The notes under the pieces: model-generated
The model's database searches: none
What the model was told of the DNA's origin: nothing
The model's input: the letters and a program-made list of their open reading frames with translations, nothing else
From: a virus
Taxonomy: Duplodnaviria; Heunggongvirae; Uroviricota; Caudoviricetes
DNA: 28,600 nt
Direction: 5' to 3' (one strand)
IMG/VR virus record: IMGVR_UViG_2737471849_000006
Shown here: one piece after another, positions 9,511-18,453 of the stretch
Layout: each line of letters starts with the position of its first letter
How positions within the stretch are numbered: position 1 is the stretch's first letter
Position numbers and translations under genes: made by a program

Positions 9511-11520
9511 TTACACCTGCGCAACGTTATACCATGTGCCATTGATGTATTTTTGTATCGGCCTGAAGATGGCTTCATCATCGCCATCTACTTCACCAAT
9601 GATTCTTAATCCGGTAATCGTGTGTCCGGCTTTTTCATAACGACCACCTCGCGCCATCAATTGAACAACTCGCGTACCCAGGCGAACATCTTTCACATAG
9701 CGGGAATCAAAATTTCCCCAGTTGCTGGGTTGCATCTGACCGTTAACAGCAAATATTACCGAGTTATCTGTATTTCGCTGGCTATAGAAATGCCATCCGG
9801 CCTCATCGCCTAACTCTGCAACCACTGGACGGGTGGAAGCACCCCATAAATTAAAGGTAATATTCTTCGTGGATGTATTAGAGCTGGATAGCGAGAACTT
9901 TTTACTATCACCTGCCTGAATATTTTTAAAAGCAATAGCCACTCCATTCTGAAAACGGAATACACGCTGACTGTTAGCATAAACATCAAGAATACCGTCT
10001 CCATTCTGTTTAAATCCGGTATCATTATCACCAAGAACAATAGAGCTACCACCTAGTGCATTCGTCGTACCAACTCCAAAACAGCCATTAATGACGGCAT
10101 TAACAAGAATATTTAGTGCATCCCATTTCAACGTCATCAGGTCTTTTGTTGTGGTACTCTGGCGGCTTCTCCATTTGAAATATTCATTGCCGTTATCCCC
10201 CGTTTCAAACCACATGTATGAATCAGTGTCACCATCGGCATCATTTTTAAATCCAATCTTCGCCCAGTCAGTATTTCGAATCCAGGCAAGGATTGAGTCG
10301 TTTTCAAAAGTAAGTCCACCGGACAAGGTATCGCCATTTTTTTGCACGGCGTTCCCGGCTCGGTTTACCGTTTCCTGTAAACCGAGATATTCGATAACGG
10401 CGGCAACGGTCGATTTAGCCAGAATATCCCGCCCGACTTTTGTCAGGGTCGCCAGGCTGGCAACATCATTCCCCGTAAAATACGGAAACCTGTCTGCCGC
10501 AGTAGCAAGCCCCGCCAGCGCCGTCAGGGTAGCATCTTTCGGTTGCTTACCCGCAAGTGCATTAGTCATGGTGGTAGCAAAATTCGGGTCATTGCCCAGC
10601 GCCGCCGCCAGCTCGTTCAGCGTATTCAGTGCGTCAGGCGACGAGTCTACAAGGGCGGCAATCGCGGCCATAACGAAAGCCGTGTTTGCGATCTGAGTAT
10701 TATTCGTTCCCTGTCGCGCAGTTGGCGTCGTTGGCGTTCCGGTCAGTGCAGGGCTGTTTAATGGCGCTTTTTTGTTCGTTTCATCCATTACCGTCTTAAC
10801 GGCTTTTGGTGTTGCGGCGAGCGTTTCAGACGTGCTGTTGGTGGCGCTACTAAGCTGGACAAGGCCTTTTCGCGCTGTGGTGGCGTCCTGTGCGGTATAT
10901 TTCCCGTTAGCCAGGTCATACGCGGCCTTTACCGCTTTCGGCGTTGCGGCCAGTGTTTCAGACGTGCTGTTGGTCGCACTGCTTAACTGAGTAAAACCTT
11001 TTGCTGTCAGCGAGGCGTCCGGGTGACGTCGTGACTGTTCGTGCTCTGCAATTTTGTCATCAACGTAATCCTGCGTCGCCATCACCGTTGTGGTGTCAAT
11101 GGTCAGCTCCACTGAGGCCACACTGCTGACGATGATGACCATGCGACAGGTCTGCGAACGTCCTGAGCCTTCGGCAAGGGCTGGCTTATAGCTTTCGGCC
11201 ATGTTCGCCACGGCAATTAACGTTCCCGCATCATCGTACAGGCCAAGCTCACGCATCCAGAAACCGCCCACCTCCGGCGGAATAACCAGCTCTGCGATAA
11301 TATAATTACTGTTTCGTTTGTCCTGGCTGATTTTGTTCAGCGCATGTCGCCAGACTTCATGGATAAGCCCGGTCTGTCCGGCATCCGGGACAGGCAATTT
11401 ACCACCGCCATCCCCGACGGCCATCGTGGTAATGTTGACCTTCCGCCCTCCCGGTGCGGTTGCCGCTGCCAGCTTTGCTGCACCGGCAGTGGTGATAACG
11501 GTTTTGAATTTTGTGCTCAT
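9511..11520 (-). CDS. H: tail fibre protein gpH
   Basis: 669 aa, P2 gpH length. Contains a duplicated LSSATNSTSETLAATPKAVK motif and a C-terminal receptor-binding region. Confidence 0.9.
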   Translation of the reverse strand: MSTKFKTVITTAGAAKLAAATAPGGRKVNITTMAVGDGGGKLPVPDAGQTGLIHEVWRHALNKISQDKRNSNYIIAELVIPPEVGGFWMRELGLYDDAGTLIAVANMAESYKPALAEGSGRSQTCRMVIIVSSVASVELTIDTTTVMATQDYVDDKIAEHEQSRRHPDASLTAKGFTQLSSATNSTSETLAATPKAVKAAYDLANGKYTAQDATTARKGLVQLSSATNSTSETLAATPKAVKTVMDETNKKAPLNSPALTGTPTTPTARQGTNNTQIANTAFVMAAIAALVDSSPDALNTLNELAAALGNDPNFATTMTNALAGKQPKDATLTALAGLATAADRFPYFTGNDVASLATLTKVGRDILAKSTVAAVIEYLGLQETVNRAGNAVQKNGDTLSGGLTFENDSILAWIRNTDWAKIGFKNDADGDTDSYMWFETGDNGNEYFKWRSRQSTTTKDLMTLKWDALNILVNAVINGCFGVGTTNALGGSSIVLGDNDTGFKQNGDGILDVYANSQRVFRFQNGVAIAFKNIQAGDSKKFSLSSSNTSTKNITFNLWGASTRPVVAELGDEAGWHFYSQRNTDNSVIFAVNGQMQPSNWGNFDSRYVKDVRLGTRVVQLMARGGRYEKAGHTITGLRIIGEVDGDDEAIFRPIQKYINGTWYNVAQV
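10795..10990. repeat. imperfect direct repeat of ~60 bp inside tail fibre gene H
   Basis: The segment TTTCAGACGTGCTGTTGGT with flanks occurs twice (around 10820-10860 and 10950-10990) and encodes the duplicated LSSATNSTSETLAATPKAVK motif. Confidence 0.7.
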
Positions 11521-11530
11521 TATTCCTCAC

Positions 11531-12061
11531 TTATCCGGGGTAAACCGTAATTACATCGCCGTCGTAAGCCACACCACCGGCGAACAGGTAGCCGGGAATG
11601 TCCCGGGTAATGTTCAGGCCAATAAGGTGACGGCTTGCAGGTTTGGCATCAGCAATCAGCCGTTCCATTTCCTGATACATTGCCTCTGTGATACCGCTTT
11701 CCAGTACACCAATATCAAGCCGGAAGGTGCCGGGCGGGTCACTGTTTTCCCACCACTCCGTCACGTTGATGAGATAGCCGAGCGGCTCCACCACACGCCG
11801 GATTGCACCTATCGTGCCCTTATGACAGTGGATGAAATAGGCATCGCGGATAACGGCGCGTTTTGTCGCTTCCGGCCACTTTTCATCCCACCTGTCGACC
11901 GAAAACGCCCACGCCAGCCACGGCAGCAGATTTGCCGGACAGGTGTCCGGGTTCCACAGTTCACGAATACTGACCGGCGTTTTTTCAATTTCCGCACAGG
12001 CTTTTGCGGCGGCGACCTCAAGCGGTGATGAGCCGGTCGGCAGCAGTCGCGAATCACTCAT
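11531..12061 (-). CDS. I: baseplate assembly protein gpI
   Basis: 176 aa, P2 gpI length and order. Confidence 0.88.
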   Translation of the reverse strand: MSDSRLLPTGSSPLEVAAAKACAEIEKTPVSIRELWNPDTCPANLLPWLAWAFSVDRWDEKWPEATKRAVIRDAYFIHCHKGTIGAIRRVVEPLGYLINVTEWWENSDPPGTFRLDIGVLESGITEAMYQEMERLIADAKPASRHLIGLNITRDIPGYLFAGGVAYDGDVITVYPG

Positions 12062-12962
12062 CCGAGCCTCCGGTCACGACGCGGTATTCGGTACAGAAAG
12101 ACGCCTGCGTACTGTTGAGCACGATGTCGGCCAGTGGTGCAGCCAGTTCGACACGCTGCACACCTTCCACATGCAAAGCGGCATAAATGGCAGACAGACG
12201 GATGTCGCGCCCCAGCCGGTGCTGTGCCGTGATATACGCTTCCAGCTTTTTCACAGCGGCAGCGCGGATGGGTTCGCTTTCGGGACCAGGGTAAAGGTAA
12301 AGCGTGGCGTTTATCTGGTATTCAACGATGGCGGCAGACTGCACGGTCACGCGGTCGGCCACCGGCCTGACGTCCTCGCCATTAAGGGCGTTACGCACCA
12401 CAGCCAGCAGGTCTTCGGATGCGACGCCGTTATTTTCACGTGACAGCACAGAGATGGTGACACAGGCAGGAGACGGACTGGTGACAGAAATATCCGCGAC
12501 ACGCCCGTCAGCACTGCGACCATGATACTGATAGGCTCCCACTGACCCGGCGACGCTTAAGCCCTCAAAAGCCTGCTGAATACGCAGACGATAATCGGTG
12601 TCAGATTCCATCACTGCCGGTGTCGGCGGCATGGTCGAATCATCTGCCGGGGTGATAGTCAGGCGCGTGGTGTTGTAATTGGCACCAATCACATCAAGGT
12701 CATTACCGGCGGCACAGGCCAGCATCACCGCCCGTGCGGCCTCATTCACACGCTGACGCCAGATAAGCTCACGATAAGCATTTTCTTCCAGCAGTTTGAC
12801 GAGAGGCTCAGATTCCAGTGTCAGGGTACGGGCGACCGCCTCCTGCTGATCTTCCGGGTAAAGGGAAATCAGTGTCGCCTTGCGTTCAGCGAGAATGCTT
12901 TCAAAGTCCAGCTCCTCGACCACATCCGGTGCGGGTAGCTGGTTCAGGTCGATAATCGGCAT
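12054..12962 (-). CDS. J: baseplate wedge protein gpJ
   Basis: 302 aa, P2 gpJ length; overlaps the I start by 8 nt. Confidence 0.88.
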   Translation of the reverse strand: MPIIDLNQLPAPDVVEELDFESILAERKATLISLYPEDQQEAVARTLTLESEPLVKLLEENAYRELIWRQRVNEAARAVMLACAAGNDLDVIGANYNTTRLTITPADDSTMPPTPAVMESDTDYRLRIQQAFEGLSVAGSVGAYQYHGRSADGRVADISVTSPSPACVTISVLSRENNGVASEDLLAVVRNALNGEDVRPVADRVTVQSAAIVEYQINATLYLYPGPESEPIRAAAVKKLEAYITAQHRLGRDIRLSAIYAALHVEGVQRVELAAPLADIVLNSTQASFCTEYRVVTGGSDE

Positions 12963-12966
12963 GGTT

Positions 12967-13314
12967 TCAACTCACAGGGATGGTTAATGAAAGTGGCTGG
13001 CCGGTGTCGTTGTGCTGGCCGGTTAACGTGACCGTCATTCGCCCGTCAAAACTGCGCGCCGTGGTGACGGATGACAGGGTGACGCGGGGTTCCCATTTCA
13101 GCACTGCCATGTAACAGGCGACTTTAATCTGCAACTCAAGCGCCGGGGTCTGCGGCTGGTCAATCATTGACGCCAGCAACGAGCCGTAATCACGACGCAT
13201 CACCCGTGAGCCGACCGGTGTGCGCAGGATATCGCCGATACTCTGGCTGATATGCTCAAGGTCAGTGACAGTCAGGCCATCACTGCGATTCATTCCGAGA
13301 TAACGCGCTGTCAT
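12967..13314 (-). CDS. W: baseplate protein gpW (T4 gp25-like)
   Basis: 115 aa, P2 gpW length and order. Confidence 0.88.
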   Translation of the reverse strand: MTARYLGMNRSDGLTVTDLEHISQSIGDILRTPVGSRVMRRDYGSLLASMIDQPQTPALELQIKVACYMAVLKWEPRVTLSSVTTARSFDGRMTVTLTGQHNDTGQPLSLTIPVS

Positions 13315-13946
13315 AAAGGACTCCCGGTTGTGCCGCCGCTGTCGCCGGGGTGTTTATGGGTATGCAGTACCTTACCGTTTGATGAGAGTTCACCGCCGGT
13401 GTGTTCAATGTTGCCGCGCATCGTCCCGCCTTTCTGCACTTCCAGCGTGCCGGTAATCAGCCTGTTGGTGCAGACCACCTCCGGGGTGTCCAGGGTGACG
13501 CGGGTTGATGCTTTCACCATGACCACCGGCACCGTGGCAGTAACAGAATCAGAAGCCGTCACGCTGGCCGTTTTAATTCCGCTTACCGTGAGTGCACTGG
13601 TTTCGGGTTCATATTCAATCACCGCCCCGTCAGGGAAACGGATATGCAGGGCATCCGCCGACACAGACGGCGAGGGGTTATCGCCGGAATAAATCCCCGG
13701 CAGAACGAACGCCGTGTCGAGTTCACCACCCACGGCCAGAATCAGCACCTGTTCCCCCACGGAAGGTGCCCACCATGTGCGCGAACGTCCTGCGCGATGG
13801 GTCAGCCACTGAAGCCAGTCGGTGCACATGCCGCCGGTCTGCACGCGGCAGCGACCGGCGTTAAGGTCGGTTTCGACGATAATGCCAGTGCGAATCATGT
13901 TGCGCAGTGCGCGCGCGAGTTCCTGAATATTTGCGAGAGTGTTCAT
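13311..13946 (-). CDS. V: baseplate spike/assembly protein gpV
   Basis: 211 aa from the internal start MNTLANIQELARALRNM (cat at 13944-13946), matching P2 gpV as I recall it. The track ORF runs 6 codons further upstream. Confidence 0.85.
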   Translation of the reverse strand: MNTLANIQELARALRNMIRTGIIVETDLNAGRCRVQTGGMCTDWLQWLTHRAGRSRTWWAPSVGEQVLILAVGGELDTAFVLPGIYSGDNPSPSVSADALHIRFPDGAVIEYEPETSALTVSGIKTASVTASDSVTATVPVVMVKASTRVTLDTPEVVCTNRLITGTLEVQKGGTMRGNIEHTGGELSSNGKVLHTHKHPGDSGGTTGSPL

Positions 13947-14029
13947 GCATGTGAGATTGCACAATATATAAAAGTTATGCTATCTGGATTCATTTGTAGA
14001 ACTACCAGACAACATTCAAGGAGAGCGTA

Positions 14030-14815
14030 ATGGTCAGCTATAATGTGACTAATGTGTGGGGGCTAATCGTTTTTTTCCTTTGTAGCTTTGCAGTATTAGC
14101 ATTTTTTAGCTTTGGTAAAAGTAACCTTATGAGGCTTATTGCACATTATTTCAATTTTGGATATTCAGACAAAAAATTAAAAAGACTTGACCGCGAGTGG
14201 CGCGACATTCAACTATTTAAAATAATTAACGGAATCAATGTATCAGGCATTGAAAATGTGAGAATGATACAGCAGGGACTGATTGATGGAAAACTAAAAA
14301 CATCGTATTTTTTCCTTACTCGTATCTGGGGTGACATAACAAAACCACCACACATAATTAAAACAATAATTGTAATTCTGGCCAGTATTTTTTACATTCT
14401 CCTCGCATGTTACATACACAACGAACAATCCGTTATAGTAAGGGATGCCACAGGCATACCATATAAAAACATGATGTACTATGTTTATAGTGACAAAGTT
14501 CTTTTATCCTTCAAAAATAAAGCAGTTGAATTTAATAAAACTTATAGCCTTGCCGATTGCAAGAGACTGCAAAACGTATTTATAAAAGACACACTTCCTG
14601 AGATCGCCTGCAATAAGCTCTTACAGCTAAACGAGGAGGACTCCGAATGGTTAAGCCAGGAGATTAAAGATAATAACAGACACAAAAAAGCATTATTAAT
14701 ACTATCCCTCGTCTATTTCACTTCAGGTCTGGTTATATTCCTGTCATATACAAAATTCTTTTACGCCAATAAGAAGGTTTTAGAATACAAAGCATCAAAT
14801 AAAAATCACTCATAA
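14030..14815 (+). CDS. integral membrane protein with three predicted transmembrane helices; cargo gene in the orf30 slot between V and S, possible exclusion/abortive-infection factor
   Basis: 261-aa ORF with AAGGAG ribosome-binding site 7 nt before the ATG. Hydrophobic segments LIVFFLCSFAVLAFFSF, IIKTIIVILASIFYILLACYI and ALLILSLVYFTSGLVIFLSY. AT-rich, on the strand opposite the tail genes, followed by a hairpin at 14822-14856. Confidence 0.65.
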   Translation: MVSYNVTNVWGLIVFFLCSFAVLAFFSFGKSNLMRLIAHYFNFGYSDKKLKRLDREWRDIQLFKIINGINVSGIENVRMIQQGLIDGKLKTSYFFLTRIWGDITKPPHIIKTIIVILASIFYILLACYIHNEQSVIVRDATGIPYKNMMYYVYSDKVLLSFKNKAVEFNKTYSLADCKRLQNVFIKDTLPEIACNKLLQLNEEDSEWLSQEIKDNNRHKKALLILSLVYFTSGLVIFLSYTKFFYANKKVLEYKASNKNHS

Positions 14816-14821
14816 ACCTCT

Positions 14822-14856
14822 AAACATTGAGCGACCAGCATGGCCGCTCAATGTTT
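14822..14856 (+). terminator. stem-loop between convergent genes (membrane-protein gene and S)
   Basis: Arms AAACATTGAGCG (14822-14833) and CGCTCAATGTTT (14845-14856) form a perfect 12-bp inverted repeat, followed by AATT. The U-tract is weak. Confidence 0.5.
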
Positions 14857-14886
14857 AATTGCGCATCAGCCTCTGCCTGGATAAAA

Positions 14887-15339
14887 CTAACGCTCAAGGT
14901 GAGCCAGGATAATCTCTTCAATCATCTGCACATCCTCACCGGTAAAGCCGAGCAGGGGACGCGCCGGATAATCAATTTTCTTACCGTCTTTCCGGTTTTC
15001 TTCCGACAGACCAAACTGATGCACACTGGCGATTTTCGGCGACTTCCCGCCGTAAAATTCCATTGATGCCTGCTCCGGGCTGGCACGGATATGCAAAAAA
15101 CGACTAGTAATAAGTTTCGCAAACATTTTTCGCTTAACGCGACCGGTCTTTTTTCTGACGCTCTGCTGTTGGCGTGGCGCGTAGGGTGTGCCGTCCGGGG
15201 CTTTCTGTGCCATCACCCGACGCTGCTGACTCTGCCGCAGACGTTTCGCCAGTTCGGCACTCAGTCGCCGACGCCCTGACGGTGACAGCGATTCAATCAG
15301 TCCGGTCAGCCGGTCTTCAAAACGCTTAAACTCATTCAT
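14887..15339 (-). CDS. S: tail completion protein gpS
   Basis: 150 aa, P2 gpS length and order. Confidence 0.88.
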   Translation of the reverse strand: MNEFKRFEDRLTGLIESLSPSGRRRLSAELAKRLRQSQQRRVMAQKAPDGTPYAPRQQQSVRKKTGRVKRKMFAKLITSRFLHIRASPEQASMEFYGGKSPKIASVHQFGLSEENRKDGKKIDYPARPLLGFTGEDVQMIEEIILAHLER

Positions 15340-15799
15340 CCCACTTGCTCACCAGTTCGCCATTGATATAAAGCTCCATCGGGCGGGTGACCGGCTCCGG
15401 CGGCGTGGGTTCCGGGATATTCTTCACATGCAGCGCGCCGTCCACCTCACTGACCAGCGTGCGCTCGGTCAGCATCAGGCTGATGCTGATATCAAAGCTG
15501 CTGTCATTGTTGATGTCTGCATAAAACGTGAAGCCCTTTTTCTGGCCTTCGTCAGTGGTCATGATGTCGGGCTGATTTTCCCGCAGCCACGCCAGCACCG
15601 GCACGATGAGCAGGTCAAAATCACCGGTAAAGTCGGTCACAATGACATTGAGCGTGTAACGCTTTTCAAATGACAGCGACGTCGCCAGTGTGGAGGCAAT
15701 ACTCCCGTTATCCACGAATATCCGCAGCATCTCGGGACTGGTTTTCAGCACCGTGACGGCATCAGTCAGCGCCCTGCGCAGGCTGTCGGGTTTGAGCAT
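15332..15799 (-). CDS. R: tail completion protein gpR
   Basis: 155 aa, P2 gpR length and order. Confidence 0.88.
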   Translation of the reverse strand: MLKPDSLRRALTDAVTVLKTSPEMLRIFVDNGSIASTLATSLSFEKRYTLNVIVTDFTGDFDLLIVPVLAWLRENQPDIMTTDEGQKKGFTFYADINNDSSFDISISLMLTERTLVSEVDGALHVKNIPEPTPPEPVTRPMELYINGELVSKWDE

Positions 15800-16052
15800 C
15801 GTTTTCGTCCTGACAGTGTTTAATCATTTTTACCTGGCTGGCACAGCGTGCCAGCGCGTTCTCAAGCTGCCGGATATCGGCACTTAAATCACCGTTCGTC
15901 TCCGGGTCACTGCCCGGCATCGGGCAAAGGCTCACTTTCGGGCAGGCGTTGTGGACAATCACTGGCGTCAGTGCAGGCCGGGCGCTGGTGCAACCGGCGC
16001 ACAGCATCAGGTAGGTCAGCGCCGTACCAGCGGCGAAAATCTTCGTTTTCAT
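15762..16052 (-). CDS. lysC: Rz1-like outer-membrane lipoprotein spanin LysC
   Basis: 96 aa with signal peptide and lipobox (LMLCAGC). Lies in an alternate frame overlapping the 3' part of lysB and the 5' end of R, the classic embedded Rz1 arrangement. Confidence 0.75.
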   Translation of the reverse strand: MKTKIFAAGTALTYLMLCAGCTSARPALTPVIVHNACPKVSLCPMPGSDPETNGDLSADIRQLENALARCASQVKMIKHCQDENDAQTRQPAQGAD

Positions 16053-16332
16053 TCAGTAACCTCGTGATGGTTTTCTCGCGCTGTGCTTCACGTTTCGCGG
16101 CGTTCTCCAGTTCCTGACGCAGTGCCACCTGCGCCAGCTCGTTTTTATCTGCCCTGGTGAGCGCAACATGAAGCTGATTTTTCAGCATGGTGATGGTCGT
16201 CTGCTGACCGCTGGCGACGTTGTTCGCCCTGTCCAGCGAGGCGCGCAGGCTGGCATTTTTGTGTTTCACCAGAAACAGACCGGCCACCGCCAGCGATAAC
16301 AACACGACCAGCACAATCATCAGCCTTGACAT
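15907..16332 (-). CDS. lysB: Rz-like inner-membrane spanin LysB
   Basis: 141 aa with an N-terminal transmembrane anchor, a coiled-coil periplasmic domain and a Pro-rich C-terminus. Confidence 0.85.
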   Translation of the reverse strand: MSRLMIVLVVLLSLAVAGLFLVKHKNASLRASLDRANNVASGQQTTITMLKNQLHVALTRADKNELAQVALRQELENAAKREAQREKTITRLLNENEDFRRWYGADLPDAVRRLHQRPACTDASDCPQRLPESEPLPDAGQ

Positions 16333-16745
16333 GGTTCCCGCCCCTCAAAACGCTGACGGCAGGCCGTACGTATCAGTCGGAAGAACACCGATGCCACGAG
16401 ATAAATCAGCGCGGTAAAAATCCACCCGGCAGCGACCAGCGAGATAAACGTCGCCACCATCACCACCAGAGCCGCTGCCCGTCTGCGCCACGGCACCGGC
16501 TGCAAAAACAGCGACGTGACAATCTTCACGGCCAGCGATTCCGGCGGCAGCTCCCGCCCGTAGCGTTCCAGCACATACTCAGTGGCATACACGCCGACAC
16601 CAACGGCAACCACACAGATAACCGTCGCCAGAATCGCCCAGGCAGCGACAAAATTGACGGCCACGCTCTGCGGGTAAATCAGGGACAGTGCCAGCATCAG
16701 CGCCAGCGACACATTCAGCATCAGTGAAAGGGATAATTTCTTCAT
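16320..16745 (-). CDS. lysA: lysis-timing membrane protein LysA
   Basis: 141 aa with several hydrophobic helices, P2 LysA length and position. Confidence 0.82.
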   Translation of the reverse strand: MKKLSLSLMLNVSLALMLALSLIYPQSVAVNFVAAWAILATVICVVAVGVGVYATEYVLERYGRELPPESLAVKIVTSLFLQPVPWRRRAAALVVMVATFISLVAAGWIFTALIYLVASVFFRLIRTACRQRFEGREPCQG

Positions 16746-16759
16746 GGTGTTTACTCCGT

Positions 16760-17257
16760 TTAAGCCGGTACGCCGCCAGCGGTACGCCAGACGGTGACCA
16801 GTTTTTCCAGTGAATGCTCACGCTGACCGTAACCGGCACCCGGCAGGGACGCCCAGATATTGCGACAGCGTGAAATGGCGCGCTCAATGCGTCCCGCCCG
16901 GATGTCATCCAGTGCACCGCGTTCGCGGATCAACTGAATGGCGAGCCTGTCCTGTGACAACGGACTGAAATCCGGCAGGGCAAGCTGTTTGCGGTAATGC
17001 GGCCAGAACAGGTAAAGCTGCTGATAGCGACCGGAGGCCGTGGATTTTTCACCGCGACGGTTAAACACCTTCGCCGGTCGGCCATGCGCGAACGGGTGGT
17101 CACTGTAGTCGGTGAAAATTTCCGGCTTCCCGTCCAGTCCGGTGACTATCACGTCATAGCCCCGGTTTTTCGTCAGTGGATGATTCGCCGTCCCTTCGGA
17201 CACGGCCAGCATGTCGAGAAAGGCGGCGATATTCTGATGCGTGTTAATTACCGGCAT
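16760..17257 (-). CDS. K: endolysin gpK
   Basis: 165 aa, P2 gpK length; lysozyme-like catalytic region containing VSEGT. Confidence 0.88.
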   Translation of the reverse strand: MPVINTHQNIAAFLDMLAVSEGTANHPLTKNRGYDVIVTGLDGKPEIFTDYSDHPFAHGRPAKVFNRRGEKSTASGRYQQLYLFWPHYRKQLALPDFSPLSQDRLAIQLIRERGALDDIRAGRIERAISRCRNIWASLPGAGYGQREHSLEKLVTVWRTAGGVPA

Positions 17258-17538
17258 TACTGTTTCCCCCTGCCCTTAAAGCGGCGCTGAATGGCAATCT
17301 CAATCACCTGATAACCGGCGATACCCAGCATGGAGCCGATGCCGCACACCGCTGGCAGTGACAGGTCAGGAAACTGCACCAGAACAACACCGGCAACCAT
17401 CGAGACAAAACCACCGAGCAACATGCGCCCGATAAACAGACGCGGGGTGATAGGTTCACCACCGGCAAGCACCTTGCCGACAACAATCAGCACCCCAATC
17501 ATGAAAAGCGACAGGACGCTTTTTTCTTCTGCTGTCAT
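17257..17538 (-). CDS. Y: holin gpY
   Basis: 93 aa with hydrophobic helices and a charged C-terminus (RRFKGRGKQ); P2 gpY length. Confidence 0.88.
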   Translation of the reverse strand: MTAEEKSVLSLFMIGVLIVVGKVLAGGEPITPRLFIGRMLLGGFVSMVAGVVLVQFPDLSLPAVCGIGSMLGIAGYQVIEIAIQRRFKGRGKQ

Positions 17539-17541
17539 GCG

Positions 17542-17607
17542 TTACTCCCACAGATTGACAGTTTCAGCCACGGGCGCGGTCTGAACGTCGGGCAGTTCGA
17601 CGGCGGT
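17542..17607 (-). pseudogene. X: 3' remnant of tail gene X (last ~21 codons only)
   Basis: The C-terminal TAVELPDVQTAPVAETVNLWE matches the end of P2 gpX as I recall it. Everything upstream in that frame (from about 17608) is the reverse complement of terminase P coding sequence, not X. Confidence 0.7.
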
Positions 17608-18453
17608 GAACGCGTGGAAATCGACGTCAGTCATAACGCCCTTGCCGGTGGGCTTCTCTGTGCGGACGGCCAGTGGCGGCAGATTGTCACCATTGAAGAC
17701 GCCCTGAAAGGCGGCTGCACATTGTTCGACATTGAGCAGCTCAAACGCGAAAACAGCGCCGACGATTTTAAAAACCTGTTCATGTGTGAATTTGTTGACG
17801 ACAAGGCATCGGTGTTCCCGTTCGAGGAGCTGCAACGCTGCATGGTCGACACGCTGGAAGAATGGGAAGACTATGCGCCGTTTGCCGCCAATCCGTTCGG
17901 CTCCCGCCCGGTATGGATTGGTTACGACCCGTCACACCGTGGCGACAGCGCCGGATGCGTGGTACTGGCACCGCCGGTGGTGGCCGGTGGCAAATTCAGA
18001 ATACTTGAGCGTCACCAGTGGAAAGGCATGGACTTTGCCACCCAGGCGGAATCCATCCGCAAACTCACCGAAAAATACAACGTCGAATACATCGGTATTG
18101 ATGCCACCGGCCTCGGTGTCGGCGTGTTCCAGCTCGTGCGCTCGTTCTATCCCGCCGCGCGTGATATCCGCTACACGCCGGAAATGAAAACCGCAATGGT
18201 GCTCAAGGCAAAAGACGTTATCCGCCGTGGCTGTCTGGAATACGACGTCAGCGCCACCGACATCACCAGCTCGTTTATGGCTATCCGCAAGACCATGACC
18301 AGCAGCGGACGCAGCGCCACCTATGAGGCCAGCCGCAGCGAGGAAGCCAGCCACGCCGACCTCGCCTGGGCGACCATGCACGCCCTGTTAAATGAGCCAC
18401 TCACCGCCGGTATCAGCACCCCGCTGACATCCACCATTCTGGAGTTTTACTGA
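17608..18453 (+). pseudogene. P: 5'-truncated terminase large subunit gpP (C-terminal ~280 codons, nuclease domain)
   Basis: The stop overlaps the Q start (TGATG at ~18451-18455) as in P2. P2 gpP is 590 aa; the reading frame here is abutted directly by the X remnant with no O, N, M or L between. The exact deletion breakpoint near 17605-17610 is approximate. Confidence 0.75.

Noticed and set aside
13991-14014. Possible Ogr-binding dyad TGT...ACA upstream of V
   Set aside because: Spacing is 11 or 14 nt rather than the 12 nt I recall for P2 late promoters, and it overlaps the ribosome-binding site of the opposite-strand membrane-protein gene; not convincing without alignment. I found no clean TGT-N12-ACA upstream of FI either.
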